Virus record (IMG/VR): IMGVR_UViG_3300031820_000002
Location: 3,561 to 35,560 of that record
Origin: a virus
Reading direction: 5' to 3' (one strand)
Length of the DNA stretch: 32,000 bases
Part shown: piece by piece, positions 9,596 to 18,214 of the stretch
How positions within the stretch are numbered: the first letter of the stretch is position 1
Layout of the letters: each line of letters opens with the position of its first letter
Made by a program: the position numbers and the translations under genes
The notes under the pieces: generated by a model
Told to the model about the DNA's origin: nothing
Database searches by the model: none
Seen by the model: only the letters and a program-made list of their open reading frames with translations

Positions 9596-10060
9596 ATGAA
9601 GAAGAAAGACGAAGTCGAGGTTATTCTGGACGGGCTGCGCCCGGCAATCACGCTTCAGCTGGAGAAGATCCGGCATGACGCAGCTGTCAAGGCGCACAGC
9701 AATGTGGTTTCTCAGCTGCAGAAGGCTGGCGTCAACCTGACCGGCAAGGCAACCGCAGCAGCTCCGGTCAAGCGTGGCCCTGGTCGGCCCCGCAAGAACC
9801 CGCAGCCCGAGGCCGTCGCAGCTCCGGTCAAGCGGAAGCCTGGTCGCCCCCGCAAGAACCCGCTCCCAGAGACGGTGGCTGCGTCTGCCGACAAGCCCAA
9901 GAAGAAGGCCAAGGCGAAGCGTGTTCTCTCCGAGGACGCGCGCAAGAAGCTGGCTGCGAATCTGGCCAAGGCTCGTGAGGCCAAGGCTGCCAAGGCGAAG
10001 CCGGCGAAGCGGAAGACCAAGGAGTCGTCCGAGGCTGCCGCAGCTCCTGCCCAGGCTTAA
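9596..10060 (+). CDS. AT-hook / histone H1-like DNA-binding protein
   Basis: Two PVKR(G/K)PGRPRKNP AT-hook repeats and a K/A-rich tail. The antisense ORF 9497-10387 is discounted. Confidence 0.6.
   Translation: MKKKDEVEVILDGLRPAITLQLEKIRHDAAVKAHSNVVSQLQKAGVNLTGKATAAAPVKRGPGRPRKNPQPEAVAAPVKRKPGRPRKNPLPETVAASADKPKKKAKAKRVLSEDARKKLAANLAKAREAKAAKAKPAKRKTKESSEAAAAPAQA
9758..9877 (+). repeat. Tandem 60-bp direct repeat encoding the two AT-hooks
   Basis: GCAGCTCCGGTCAAGCG...CCCCGCAAGAACCCGC occurs at 9758 and again at 9818. Confidence 0.7.
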
Positions 10061-10063
10061 CGC

Positions 10064-10249
10064 ATGGGACGCAGGCCAGCGGCAGACGTCGAGGAGAACC
10101 TGACGTATCGCCAGGTGGAGGAGTTCGTCTCCGGTATCGGAAAACGAATTCCAGGACTCAAGACCCTTAAGGTCGACGTCTCCGAGGACGGTTCTGTCTC
10201 CTTCGAATTCGAAGTCATTCGAGTCATCGGCGGCAAGGGCAAGGTCTAG
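10064..10249 (+). CDS. Hypothetical protein
   Basis: ORF of 61 aa immediately after the AT-hook gene. Confidence 0.4.
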   Translation: MGRRPAADVEENLTYRQVEEFVSGIGKRIPGLKTLKVDVSEDGSVSFEFEVIRVIGGKGKV

Positions 10250-10270
10250 CCACCAAGTTGGCCGAAAACG

Positions 10271-10300
10271 AAAAGGCCCTAGCGATTTGCTAGGGCCTTT
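10271..10300. terminator. Bidirectional hairpin terminator between convergent genes
   Basis: AAAAGGCCCTAGC-GATTT-GCTAGGGCCTTT is a perfect stem flanked by A and T runs. Confidence 0.6.
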
Positions 10301-11084
10301 AGTCGTTGCCGGCGTTGTTGCGTGCCCACGGGTAGTACTCGCGCTTGGCTTGGACCTGCGCAAACGTTGGCGCAGATCGATCGACAAGAACGAGCGCCGT
10401 CAAACGGCCACCGAACACGCATCCCGTGTCGATTCCATAACAGCCGTAGCCGTCATGGAGGTCGACGCGGGGATCTTCTCGGCTGTGAACAGCATGGCCG
10501 TAGATGACATTCTCTGGACCGCTCCAGCGCGTTCCCCACGGCACGGCGCCGGGCACCGACTCCAGGGGGTTCTTGTGGTTCGAGGCCATCTTCCCGGTGA
10601 CCGGATCGACATCACGAACACGACAGACCGTATCTTTGGCTTGGCCGTCTGGCCGAGTGCCATCGCATTCGAATCCAGCGTGAACGACGAGCCACGTCGG
10701 ACTGTCGTGCCCCAAACCGATGGTCTTGGGCATTGCTCGAAGGAAGTTGATGTCTTCGTCCGAGAGGGCCATGTGCTCTTGCATGCGCTGCTCATCGAAC
10801 CGCCGCATGGGGTTCTTCTTTGCCTCGCCTGACTTGATACGGTCCTCCCAGTTGCGCCAGCGGATGTGCTTCTCCTCGTGGTTGCCCATGACGCAGGAAG
10901 CTCCCAGCTCGCGCGCACGACGAACGCAGCCGACAGGGTCGGGGCCCCGATCGACAAGGTCTCCTGCGAAGACGAGGCAATCCTTCATGCCGTCCTCGCG
11001 GTATTCTACGACCTTGAGCAGCTCGTTCAGCTCCTCAAGGCATCCGTGGACGTCTCCAACTACTATGTACCTTTCGTAATTCAC
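10299..11084 (-). CDS. Calcineurin-type metallophosphoesterase (ApaH/PrpA/lambda-phosphatase-like)
   Basis: GDVHG, GDLVDRGP and GNHE motifs occur in the canonical order. Confidence 0.8.
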   Translation of the reverse strand: MNYERYIVVGDVHGCLEELNELLKVVEYREDGMKDCLVFAGDLVDRGPDPVGCVRRARELGASCVMGNHEEKHIRWRNWEDRIKSGEAKKNPMRRFDEQRMQEHMALSDEDINFLRAMPKTIGLGHDSPTWLVVHAGFECDGTRPDGQAKDTVCRVRDVDPVTGKMASNHKNPLESVPGAVPWGTRWSGPENVIYGHAVHSREDPRVDLHDGYGCYGIDTGCVFGGRLTALVLVDRSAPTFAQVQAKREYYPWARNNAGND

Positions 11085-11218
11085 TTTCGTTCTCTTCTCT
11101 AGCTACAGCTAGTTCGTTGAAAAATTTCATTTTGCTCCCGAAAAAACTGAAGCCGCCAGGTGTTACCCTGACGGCCCCGGAACGCTCTTCTACCCTTGGT
11201 AGATGCGCAGGTCTTGTT

Positions 11219-11572
11219 CTAACCGATGAAGCGGTAGATAGCAACGGTCACGTTGGATGGAACGATTGGGGCGCCGTCCGGGTTGACGATCATCAGCTCG
11301 TTATTGCTGTCGAGATAGTCGACCGCTACTTCGTCGTTCCGGTGAAGCATCAGGAGCGCGTCCTTCACGACCTGGGATGCCGGGTAGTAGTTGCCGGAAT
11401 CCTTACCGGGCTCGCCGTGATCGGTCACCAGGCGAGTCCTGGTTGCGCTGTGGAGGCGAGTGAAAACCTGGATCGCAGTGACCCAAGCAGGCGTCTTGCG
11501 CTTGCCGTGGAATGCCTGGCTGATGACGGTACGAACTTCGTCGAGAATTGCTTCGGCGGTGATCTTTGACAT
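11219..11572 (-). CDS. Hypothetical protein
   Basis: GGGAGA box upstream of the ATG. Preferred over the plus-strand ORF 11117-11569. Confidence 0.45.
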   Translation of the reverse strand: MSKITAEAILDEVRTVISQAFHGKRKTPAWVTAIQVFTRLHSATRTRLVTDHGEPGKDSGNYYPASQVVKDALLMLHRNDEVAVDYLDSNNELMIVNPDGAPIVPSNVTVAIYRFIG

Positions 11573-11584
11573 TGGTCTCCCTTG

Positions 11585-11818
11585 TTAGTCGCTCAGGTCA
11601 ATTCCAAGAGGATTTTCTCTGAGGCTGAACCCGAGGCTGGCGATTTCGCCGCCCTTGATGCCGTGAAGTGCAATGTAGTGACGCGGAACGTTGTAGGTTT
11701 TGTTGCCGACGGTCACGGCGATGAATTCGCCGAGCTTTTTGATCATGCGCTCGACTTGCTCTTGAGCCGCCGGATCACTGTAGTGGAGCGGTTTCCCGCA
11801 GTGGCACATCTTGGTCAT
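11585..11818 (-). CDS. Hypothetical protein
   Basis: ORF of 77 aa whose start overlaps the stop of the upstream gene by 4 nt. Confidence 0.45.
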   Translation of the reverse strand: MTKMCHCGKPLHYSDPAAQEQVERMIKKLGEFIAVTVGNKTYNVPRHYIALHGIKGGEIASLGFSLRENPLGIDLSD

Positions 11819-12927
11819 GCAGCGCGCAGCTGAGTCATGTTGGCGATGCGCAGGAAGTCCTGTTCGTTCGCTTCCAGAAGGAGCTTCTGTGCCAGCATCT
11901 GGTCCTCGTACGGCAGCCGGCTGTCGGCGTGGATGCAGTAGCGGCGGACCGGCTGGCCGTCAGCTCCGAGGAGCTTCACGTTGCCGGCGTAGCCGTGCTC
12001 GATGCGGTACGTCTTCTGCGAACCATCCTGGCTGTGGACAGTCAGGTCGAAGTAATTCTTCTCGTCGAGCTGCTTCTGCTGCATCGGGTTCAGCATCGAG
12101 AACAGGAGACGACGGGCCCTGCTCTTGGCGGTGTCCGTGAAGACCTTCCGCTCTGCGGCCTCACGCTCGCGCTGCTGACGAGCCAGCTCTTCCCTGGCCC
12201 TGCGCTCGACCAACTGCTCTGGCGTCTCCTTAGCGACCACAGAGGGCGTCCAGCGGACCTTGTGGTGGTTGCATTGCTGCCAGCCCGAGGTCCGCCACAC
12301 AGCGTTTGCCGCCGCTGTGCATTGGTCGGCAATCCAACCGTAGGTGTTGGTCGTCGACGAATTCGTCACCGCCCAGCTGTCGCTTGGGATGGTTAGGACA
12401 TTCGTCGTGCCTGACGTCCCGGTTGTTACCCAGGTTCGGAAGACGCGATCTTGCATGATCTTCATTGCGACCTGCTGCGCCCAGTGCTGAACCTCGGCGT
12501 TCATGGTCGTTCCTGTTGTTGAAGTGGTTGTGACTCGAACGTTCTGAACGAGACCGTAGTAGTCGTCTTCTTCGATCTCGTATTCGACCGATTCGACGCC
12601 GGCAGGTGCTGGCGGAATTGACGACACGGGCCCGCGATCTAGTCCATCGTAGATGGGTGCCGCGATGTTCTCGATGAAGGTTCCAGGTTGGAGGAGCTGG
12701 GATCGTTCCAGGCTCGCACGTTGAGCATCGAGGTTTGCTTCGCCTGCAGCAAGTCGTTGTAGCTCGACGTCAGGAGAAACTGGCTCTACTTGTGGAAGCT
12801 GGTCTGTAACGGTGACAGACCTAAGGTTTCTGACCGGACCTCCGTCAGAGACATCGTTGTCCACGAATTCTAGATCGACGGCCGGCAGCGGCTGTGGCTG
12901 CGCCCGAGCTAGACCGAAGGTTGGCAT
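11815..12927 (-). CDS. Hypothetical protein (370 aa)
   Basis: Long ORF with no motif I can name. Confidence 0.55.
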   Translation of the reverse strand: MPTFGLARAQPQPLPAVDLEFVDNDVSDGGPVRNLRSVTVTDQLPQVEPVSPDVELQRLAAGEANLDAQRASLERSQLLQPGTFIENIAAPIYDGLDRGPVSSIPPAPAGVESVEYEIEEDDYYGLVQNVRVTTTSTTGTTMNAEVQHWAQQVAMKIMQDRVFRTWVTTGTSGTTNVLTIPSDSWAVTNSSTTNTYGWIADQCTAAANAVWRTSGWQQCNHHKVRWTPSVVAKETPEQLVERRAREELARQQREREAAERKVFTDTAKSRARRLLFSMLNPMQQKQLDEKNYFDLTVHSQDGSQKTYRIEHGYAGNVKLLGADGQPVRRYCIHADSRLPYEDQMLAQKLLLEANEQDFLRIANMTQLRAA

Positions 12928-12928
12928 C

Positions 12929-13228
12929 TCAGCCTCCGGCGACCGGCGGCACGAGAATCATCTTCCCGGCTTCCGGGTTGAATTCCCGAATCTGCTCGCC
13001 CTTGTCACCAGAGTCGGTGACTTTGAATGCCAGATACTTCTTCTTCTTGACCAGGTCGTCGAAGGAACGACGCGCGTCCTCCACCTCGTCCCTGTTTGCG
13101 GCGTTCCACACCTTCTTGATGTCGCCGTAGCCACTGAGGACCGAAATCATGATTTGACCAGGCTCAGGCTGGTCAGGGAGGTCAGGTGACCAGCCGTCCT
13201 TGGTCAGGTCAGTACCGAGCGTTTCCAT
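12929..13228 (-). CDS. Hypothetical protein
   Basis: ORF of 99 aa downstream of the TTGACAAT box at 13301. Confidence 0.5.
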   Translation of the reverse strand: METLGTDLTKDGWSPDLPDQPEPGQIMISVLSGYGDIKKVWNAANRDEVEDARRSFDDLVKKKKYLAFKVTDSGDKGEQIREFNPEAGKMILVPPVAGG

Positions 13229-13300
13229 CTTGTCTCCATCGTTGGGCGGTCAGCGCGCCCGCATCAAGGTTGAGGTGCCACTCCGCCAGAGTGGCCAGCG

Positions 13301-13308
13301 ATTGTCAA
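13301..13308 (-). promoter_or_regulatory. -35-like TTGACAAT box
   Basis: Plus-strand ATTGTCAA. It overlaps the stop of the upstream small gene. Confidence 0.45.
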
Positions 13309-13475
13309 GGTTCTTTGAGGCGCTTGACGTACTCATCTTCTTCGTCGCACCACTTCGTGAGCATCTCGTAGACTTCCTTGTCGATGCCCTTCTTCGTCGA
13401 AGAGAGGCCTCGCCGGATGACGTAGATGACGTCTTCTAGGTGTTCCTCAGGAATCGCGAGAATCTCTTTGGCCAT
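13305..13475 (-). CDS. Small hypothetical protein (56 aa, below the ORF-track cutoff)
   Basis: Hand translation MAKEILAIPEEHLEDVIYVIRRGLSSTKKGIDKEVYEMLTKWCDEEDEYVKRLKEP. There is a TAATG overlap with the upstream gene. Confidence 0.5.
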   Translation of the reverse strand: MAKEILAIPEEHLEDVIYVIRRGLSSTKKGIDKEVYEMLTKWCDEEDEYVKRLKEP

Positions 13476-13654
13476 TAGCTTTGAGCTGGTGGTTCGGGCG
13501 CCTGGTACTTGTGGACGAATTCATGAGCATGATCGTCACAGAGGGTCGTCTTGCCGGTACCCAGCGCCTGATCGGCGACATAGATGAAACCGGCCTTGCA
13601 CCAATGACAAGGCCGGTTCTCGGACACCTTTTCGATTTTCACTTCCAATTGCAT
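13475..13654 (-). CDS. Small Cys/His-containing protein
   Basis: Start trimmed to MQLEVK so that it does not overlap tRNA-Arg. Confidence 0.45.
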   Translation of the reverse strand: MQLEVKIEKVSENRPCHWCKAGFIYVADQALGTGKTTLCDDHAHEFVHKYQAPEPPAQS

Positions 13655-13657
13655 TCG

Positions 13658-13731
13658 TGATTCCGGCAGGATTCGAACCTGCAAATTTTCTCTTTAGGAA
13701 AGAGGCGCCTTATCCATTGGGCTACGGAACC
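13658..13731 (-). tRNA. tRNA-Arg(CCT)
   Basis: Acceptor GGTTCCG/CGGAATC, anticodon loop TTCCTAA, T arm GCAGG-TTCGAAT-CCTGC. Confidence 0.85.
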
Positions 13732-13733
13732 AT

Positions 13734-13810
13734 TGGTACATCCGGCAGGATTTGAACCTGCGACCTTGGAGGTAGAAGCTCCCTGCTCTGGTCCACTGAG
13801 CTACGGATGC
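13734..13810 (-). tRNA. tRNA-Arg(TCT)
   Basis: Acceptor GCATCCG/CGGATGT, loop CTTCTAC, T-loop TTCAAAT, CCA encoded. Confidence 0.85.
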
Positions 13811-13842
13811 GCAGAGCATCCGCCGGAACAAGCTACGGATGC

Positions 13843-15681
13843 CTAAGCGACCTTGTCGTCCTCGGTCTGAGTCTCGACGGTTGCCTGGTCATGGGAACGG
13901 AAGACATTCTCCTCTGGAACGTCGTCATTGTCAAAGGCCAAGACGCCCTTGGTGGCACGACGAGTCGATGGGATGTACTGCGCGTTCTCGGGACCCTTGA
14001 CGTAGTCCTTCTTCCAGAACCTCTTAATCGCAAGCCATTCGCCAGGCTGAGGCAGCGCCATGTCACGCTCGCGCAGTTCGTTGCGAACCCACTCATCGAC
14101 AGGGCGGTCCTTGTAGATGCTGTACTTCTTATTGTCGAGATCAAGTTCCAGTTCGACATCCATCGGCGTGTAGCCACGATAGATTTTGCAGCACCAGTGG
14201 CCGCGCACATCAAATCGATGAGACAGCTTCGCGCGCAGCTTGCCGCCTGAGTATCCCTTGCTGATCTCCCTGATCACTTTGTCGCGCAGGTAGACCGTGT
14301 AGAACATCGGAGGGACGGCTTGCTTGATGCCGAGGTCGCCAAGCTTGTTCTTGAACTTGCTGATCGTGTGCAGGCTGGGCTTGCGCTGAGCGATGACGGT
14401 TGAGTGGTGATCGTTGATGCAGTCGACGAGCCCGTGCAGGACGAACGGCGCCAAACACAGCTTGTGGTTCCACATCACGAATTCCTGGACGTGGTGCGTA
14501 GAGATATGGAGGTTCATCTCCCAGGTCTCGCCGTGATCGATGTAGCCCTTGCTGATCAAAATCTCGTGATGCTCGCCGCTGGCCTCGGCGATGATGCCGA
14601 CGAGCATGTATTCACCTGGGTCAAGACCACGCGTCTCAGCCTGGAGCTGGGAAAGCGCAATTCCGCCTGTGAGCGCAAACCAGCAAGTGTCGAACGGAAG
14701 CTTGTCCGGGAACGGAAGGCGCTGCAGGGCTTCGGCCTGACGCTTGTGGAGAAGGATCCCCTCTTCCTCGGGAACGTCCACATGTCCCTCACGAGGGTCG
14801 TAGAACTTGAGATGGGCGATATCCTCGGTGACGTGACGGTCGACCGAAATATGCAGCTCGTTGTACGACTCCGGCGTGATCTCGAAGATGCGCGCTTTGC
14901 GAAGGTAGTTGTACATAGCCCCGCACTCGGTACGGAACTTCTCTTTGACCTTCTTGTTCCCCCAGTTCTGCTTGAGGGCGCGGAGAACCATCAGGTAGTT
15001 CTCGACGACGTACTCGTGGGCCTTGTTGTCGGGCTTGCCCCACCACGGCATCTCCTTTGGCTTCCACGGCAGCGGTCCGCCACCGATTTCTTCTAGAAGT
15101 GTAGGGATGCGCAGGATGCGCTCCATCTGAAGCTTGAGCCGGCTGGTCTCAGGAAGCCACTGCGGCGCCTTCGCGCGCAACGTTTTCAGCGTGTCTTCCC
15201 ATGCCCGCTGGATGCTGGAACGAAGCTCGTCGGCGGTGAACCTCTCGGCCTGCTCCAAGATCATGTTGATGATGCCACCGGGAAAATGGCCGCCATCATT
15301 GAAGTACAGCCAGTAGACGTCTTTCTCTTCGTCTTGGCGACGCGCACGCAAGAACCACATCCCCCACTTTTTGCGGAGGCTCTCGAACAGCAGCCGGTCG
15401 TTTTCCGAGACTCGGTAGCCGACCCATTGCTCACCGCTATCCAGCATGAGGCCGATGTATTTAGGGTTCGGCGACTTTGATGGCTTGTCAGCGTCGAGCT
15501 TGTCCTGCCACCGGATGGTGATGTTGCCCTCGGGGATTACCTGCTGTTCTGTCACAGGCCAGATGAGCTGAACGACGGGGTAGAGATAATGCGTCGCCCC
15601 CCTTGGACAAGGGACCGCATCCGCTCCGACACGGACGATGTTCTGTCCTTCGACGATGGGGGTGTCCGGGGTGACCTTCAT
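13843..15681 (-). CDS. Large hypothetical protein (612 aa)
   Basis: Longest ORF in the window, with varied composition and no motif I can name. The antisense ORFs are discounted. Confidence 0.6.
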   Translation of the reverse strand: MKVTPDTPIVEGQNIVRVGADAVPCPRGATHYLYPVVQLIWPVTEQQVIPEGNITIRWQDKLDADKPSKSPNPKYIGLMLDSGEQWVGYRVSENDRLLFESLRKKWGMWFLRARRQDEEKDVYWLYFNDGGHFPGGIINMILEQAERFTADELRSSIQRAWEDTLKTLRAKAPQWLPETSRLKLQMERILRIPTLLEEIGGGPLPWKPKEMPWWGKPDNKAHEYVVENYLMVLRALKQNWGNKKVKEKFRTECGAMYNYLRKARIFEITPESYNELHISVDRHVTEDIAHLKFYDPREGHVDVPEEEGILLHKRQAEALQRLPFPDKLPFDTCWFALTGGIALSQLQAETRGLDPGEYMLVGIIAEASGEHHEILISKGYIDHGETWEMNLHISTHHVQEFVMWNHKLCLAPFVLHGLVDCINDHHSTVIAQRKPSLHTISKFKNKLGDLGIKQAVPPMFYTVYLRDKVIREISKGYSGGKLRAKLSHRFDVRGHWCCKIYRGYTPMDVELELDLDNKKYSIYKDRPVDEWVRNELRERDMALPQPGEWLAIKRFWKKDYVKGPENAQYIPSTRRATKGVLAFDNDDVPEENVFRSHDQATVETQTEDDKVA

Positions 15682-15934
15682 GCGGACCTAGCTACAAGGC
15701 ATTTGGTCCGCGCTTTCATGAATCTGCGAAAACGCTTGCGCCGACCGTAGTTGTCACTTTTTTACGATTGGCTGTCAGATGCGACGCCCTGTGACCGTCA
15801 TGAGGGTGGAAGGCGCAGGTCTCATATCAGATAGACCTCGGCCGTTATGGATACAGAAAGGAGATAGGACGGCCGATTTTCTGTCCGATTGGTGTCACAC
15901 GGCGCGTCCAGAGAACGACAGGCAAACAGAACAT

Positions 15935-16126
15935 GCTCTCGCTGGAGAGATTCGACCGTCCGGGGTTATCGCGGAAGAAACCGGCTCTAGGCCGCACACC
16001 CATGCCTTCGGTACCTGCCGTTGGGATGGTAGCGGCAACCTGCGCAGGTCTGAGCTGGGGACCTGAGGCGTCTACAGGAAACCGGGAAATGCGGTCGTTG
16101 CGTGGGTTCGAATCCCACGGAGAGCA
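15935..16126 (+). ncRNA. Compact tmRNA-like RNA (tRNA-like domain plus internal region)
   Basis: The 5' end GCTCTCG..GGAGAGATTCGACCG contains the tmRNA GAUUCGAC motif. CGACCG pairs with CGGTCG at the 3' side (P2a-like). T arm GTGGG-TTCGAAT-CCCAC, then GGAGAGC pairing back to the 5' end. Confidence 0.55.
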
Positions 16127-16129
16127 CGA

Positions 16130-16411
16130 ATGGCAAAGAGGACTAAAAAAGAACAGCGCCAGCTGGAGGCCCAGTGGCGCGACGAGGAGGAGTACCTCAA
16201 GGAGGAGATAGAGCGCGACCTTGAGGAGAACGTGCGTCGTCTGTGGAAAACGACGCGGTGGTACCTCGGTCACGAGGAGTGGACCTTCTACCAGGGTTTC
16301 GAAGAGGACACCTGGTGCGGTTGCGACTGCAACAGGTGGAACCGCTTTGAGCTGCAGAAGGCGATCGATCGTCTACGAGCTTGGCGTGCCCGCAGGGAAT
16401 ACTGGATCTAG
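16130..16411 (+). CDS. Hypothetical protein
   Basis: ORF of 93 aa, charged at the N-terminus, with a W/C-containing C-terminus. Confidence 0.45.
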   Translation: MAKRTKKEQRQLEAQWRDEEEYLKEEIERDLEENVRRLWKTTRWYLGHEEWTFYQGFEEDTWCGCDCNRWNRFELQKAIDRLRAWRARREYWI

Positions 16412-16502
16412 CGGAAGACGGCGGAGTCGAACCGCAAGCGAGTTCATCACCCGCTCCATCCCGCTTCCAACGGGCTCAGGCTCCACAGCCTGTTCATCTT
16501 CC
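16412..16502 (-). tRNA. tRNA-Ser(GGA), class II
   Basis: Acceptor GGAAGAT/GTCTTCC, loop TTGGAAG, long variable arm, T arm TGCGG-TTCGACT-CCGCC, G73. Confidence 0.75.
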
Positions 16503-16506
16503 AGTG

Positions 16507-16716
16507 CTACCGACGTCTAGCACGTTTTTCCGGTAGCTGTATGACCTGATTGCTATTGCGGCTCGTTTTCACTGGGAGCTTCCTGATCTCGGCGAGGCGA
16601 CGGGGATGAGCCCGTTTGGCCTCTGTCGTCGTCCCGCACTGTTGGCAGTACGTGACGTAAGCATTTTCCGTGTCGTGAACGTCGAGGTGATCGTAGCCGC
16701 AATTGAAACACTTCAA
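16507..16716 (-). CDS. Zinc-ribbon protein
   Basis: CFNCG...CQQCG motifs. Last gene of the ligase/PrfH operon. Confidence 0.5.
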   Translation of the reverse strand: MKCFNCGYDHLDVHDTENAYVTYCQQCGTTTEAKRAHPRRLAEIRKLPVKTSRNSNQVIQLPEKRARRR

Positions 16717-16722
16717 GGTGTT

Positions 16723-17352
16723 TTAATCCCAGTCCCCTCTCAGGTACCTCTTGAGCTGCCACTGCTTGTTCAGCACGTGATCAGTGACAACGCCGTCCTG
16801 AGAACGGATCGTTCTGCGTTTGTCTCCCCGCATCCCCGAACCGACCTGTTCACGCCGCGAAGATGACGTTTGCGCAGAATGTTGGTTGTGTGCCGCATCC
16901 CAGAGTCTTGCTCGAAGAACCTCAAGCGCAGTTTCTTTGTTGCTGTGCTGAGATCTTTCAGACTCACATCTAACCGTGATCCCGCTCGGTATGTGCGTGA
17001 GCACGACGGCGCTATCCGTCACGTTTCGGTGCTGGCCGCCGGCCCCAGATCCACGACAGAATTTCCAATCCAGGTCGCCATCGTTGACGATGACCTGAGT
17101 CGGAGAGCGCTCGGGCAGAACGGCAACCGTGATGGTGCTGGTCTGCATCCGTCCACGCTTCTCGGTGGGCGGCACCCTCTGCCATCTGTGCCCACCTGAT
17201 TCGTTGGCAAACGCTACATCGGAGCCCTTGCCAGAGGCCTTGAAGACAAGAAGGCCTGGTCTCTCGCTCACGATTTCGAGGTCAAAGACCCCTCCGAGCC
17301 CCCATCTTTGCGTAGATCGCAAACTGGTCGCGAACGAGTAATTTGGCATCAT
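16723..17352 (-). CDS. prfH: PrfH-like (class I release-factor GGQ domain) protein
   Basis: GSGAGGQHRNVTDSAVVLTHIPSGITVRCESERSQHSNKETA is the RF GGQ/peptidyl-hydrolase domain. Trimmed to MMPNYSF (GAGGG box upstream), giving about 209 aa, a PrfH-like size. Confidence 0.7.
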   Translation of the reverse strand: MMPNYSFATSLRSTQRWGLGGVFDLEIVSERPGLLVFKASGKGSDVAFANESGGHRWQRVPPTEKRGRMQTSTITVAVLPERSPTQVIVNDGDLDWKFCRGSGAGGQHRNVTDSAVVLTHIPSGITVRCESERSQHSNKETALEVLRARLWDAAHNQHSAQTSSSRREQVGSGMRGDKRRTIRSQDGVVTDHVLNKQWQLKRYLRGDWD

Positions 17353-17410
17353 CGCCGCCCTCGGCGGCCCTAATTTCGACAAAAACCGACATCCACCGAC
17401 CATAGCCGAT

Positions 17411-17578
17411 TCAGATGTCTATGACAATAATCGTCGACTTAGGCTCTTCTTGTCGAGGGCGTTCCTCTGGTTCCCAGGGGTGATGCTCGATTTGCAGCGG
17501 GGCATGGATGTCCTGCTTTGGGCAATGCGGACAGTAATGCCAGGCTGGCCTCGCATGAGGGCATAGCGGTATGTCCAT
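17411..17578 (-). CDS. Small Cys/His protein (55 aa, hand-called)
   Basis: MDIPLCPHARPAWHYCPHCPKQD.... Fills the gap between the ligase and the prfH-like gene. Confidence 0.35.
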   Translation of the reverse strand: MDIPLCPHARPAWHYCPHCPKQDIHAPLQIEHHPWEPEERPRQEEPKSTIIVIDI

Positions 17579-17596
17579 ACTCAAAGTATAGCCCGT

Positions 17597-18214
17597 TCAG
17601 CTGTCGACGATCTTGCGACCTTCAACCTCGCCATATTTCGTCATGACGCGGTCGATCCATTTCTGGGTCTTGGCCTTCGACATGACGAGCTTATGTCCTT
17701 CTCCGCCTTTACCGACGACACCTTCTTCGGTGATGTCGGATATCTCTCCCTGTCGGACTTGGTCGACGAAGCCACGCGTCCATCGACGAGTGCCGAGAAA
17801 TCTGGGAATGTTGAGATGCTCGAACAGCTTGAGAAATTGTTTCGGGCCGAGAATTCCCTTCTTGTACGGATTCACATCGAACAGGGTTAGCTGTTTTTCG
17901 TCTTCAGGTTCATGGAGCCCAGCGAACGAGCGAGGTCCCCAGAATTCAGTGAAAACGATCATCCGTTCCCATCGCTCATCGCGTGCGACCTTGATCAGTG
18001 GTTCAGCGAGAGTTCTTTCAAACACGGCGATGGCGCCGCCGAACACCTCGTCGGTTTCGTCAAACAAACGAGTGCGAGTGCCGTGCTTGTACCAGCCGCT
18101 CTTCCTGGCCCACTCCCAACGCAGGTTGGAACCGTCGAGCTTGTCGAAGACGTAGGCATCGAATTCTCGAAAGTCCTGCCCAGTGCTTCGCGGGATGGAT
18201 GGATAGTCCTTCAT
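17597..18214 (-). CDS. ATP-dependent RNA ligase (Rnl2/PF09414-like nucleotidyltransferase domain)
   Basis: Motif I DKLDGSN (KxDGxN), motif III VFTEFWG, motif IV EGVVGK, motif V KAKTQKW, in the canonical order over 205 aa. Confidence 0.7.
   Translation of the reverse strand: MKDYPSIPRSTGQDFREFDAYVFDKLDGSNLRWEWARKSGWYKHGTRTRLFDETDEVFGGAIAVFERTLAEPLIKVARDERWERMIVFTEFWGPRSFAGLHEPEDEKQLTLFDVNPYKKGILGPKQFLKLFEHLNIPRFLGTRRWTRGFVDQVRQGEISDITEEGVVGKGGEGHKLVMSKAKTQKWIDRVMTKYGEVEGRKIVDS

Noticed and set aside
9497-10387. 296-aa minus-strand ORF.
   Set aside because: It is antisense to the AT-hook gene and runs into the phosphoesterase gene. Its Leu/Arg/Ser-rich composition is typical of a GC-rich antisense frame.
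11117-11569. 150-aa plus ORF.
   Set aside because: The overlapping minus ORF 11219-11572 has a ribosome-binding site, fits the operon direction and has more protein-like composition. Confidence is only moderate.
15779-16066. 95-aa plus-strand ORF overlapping the tmRNA-like RNA.
   Set aside because: It has Arg/Gly/Pro-rich low-complexity composition and overlaps a region with clear tRNA-like and helical RNA features.
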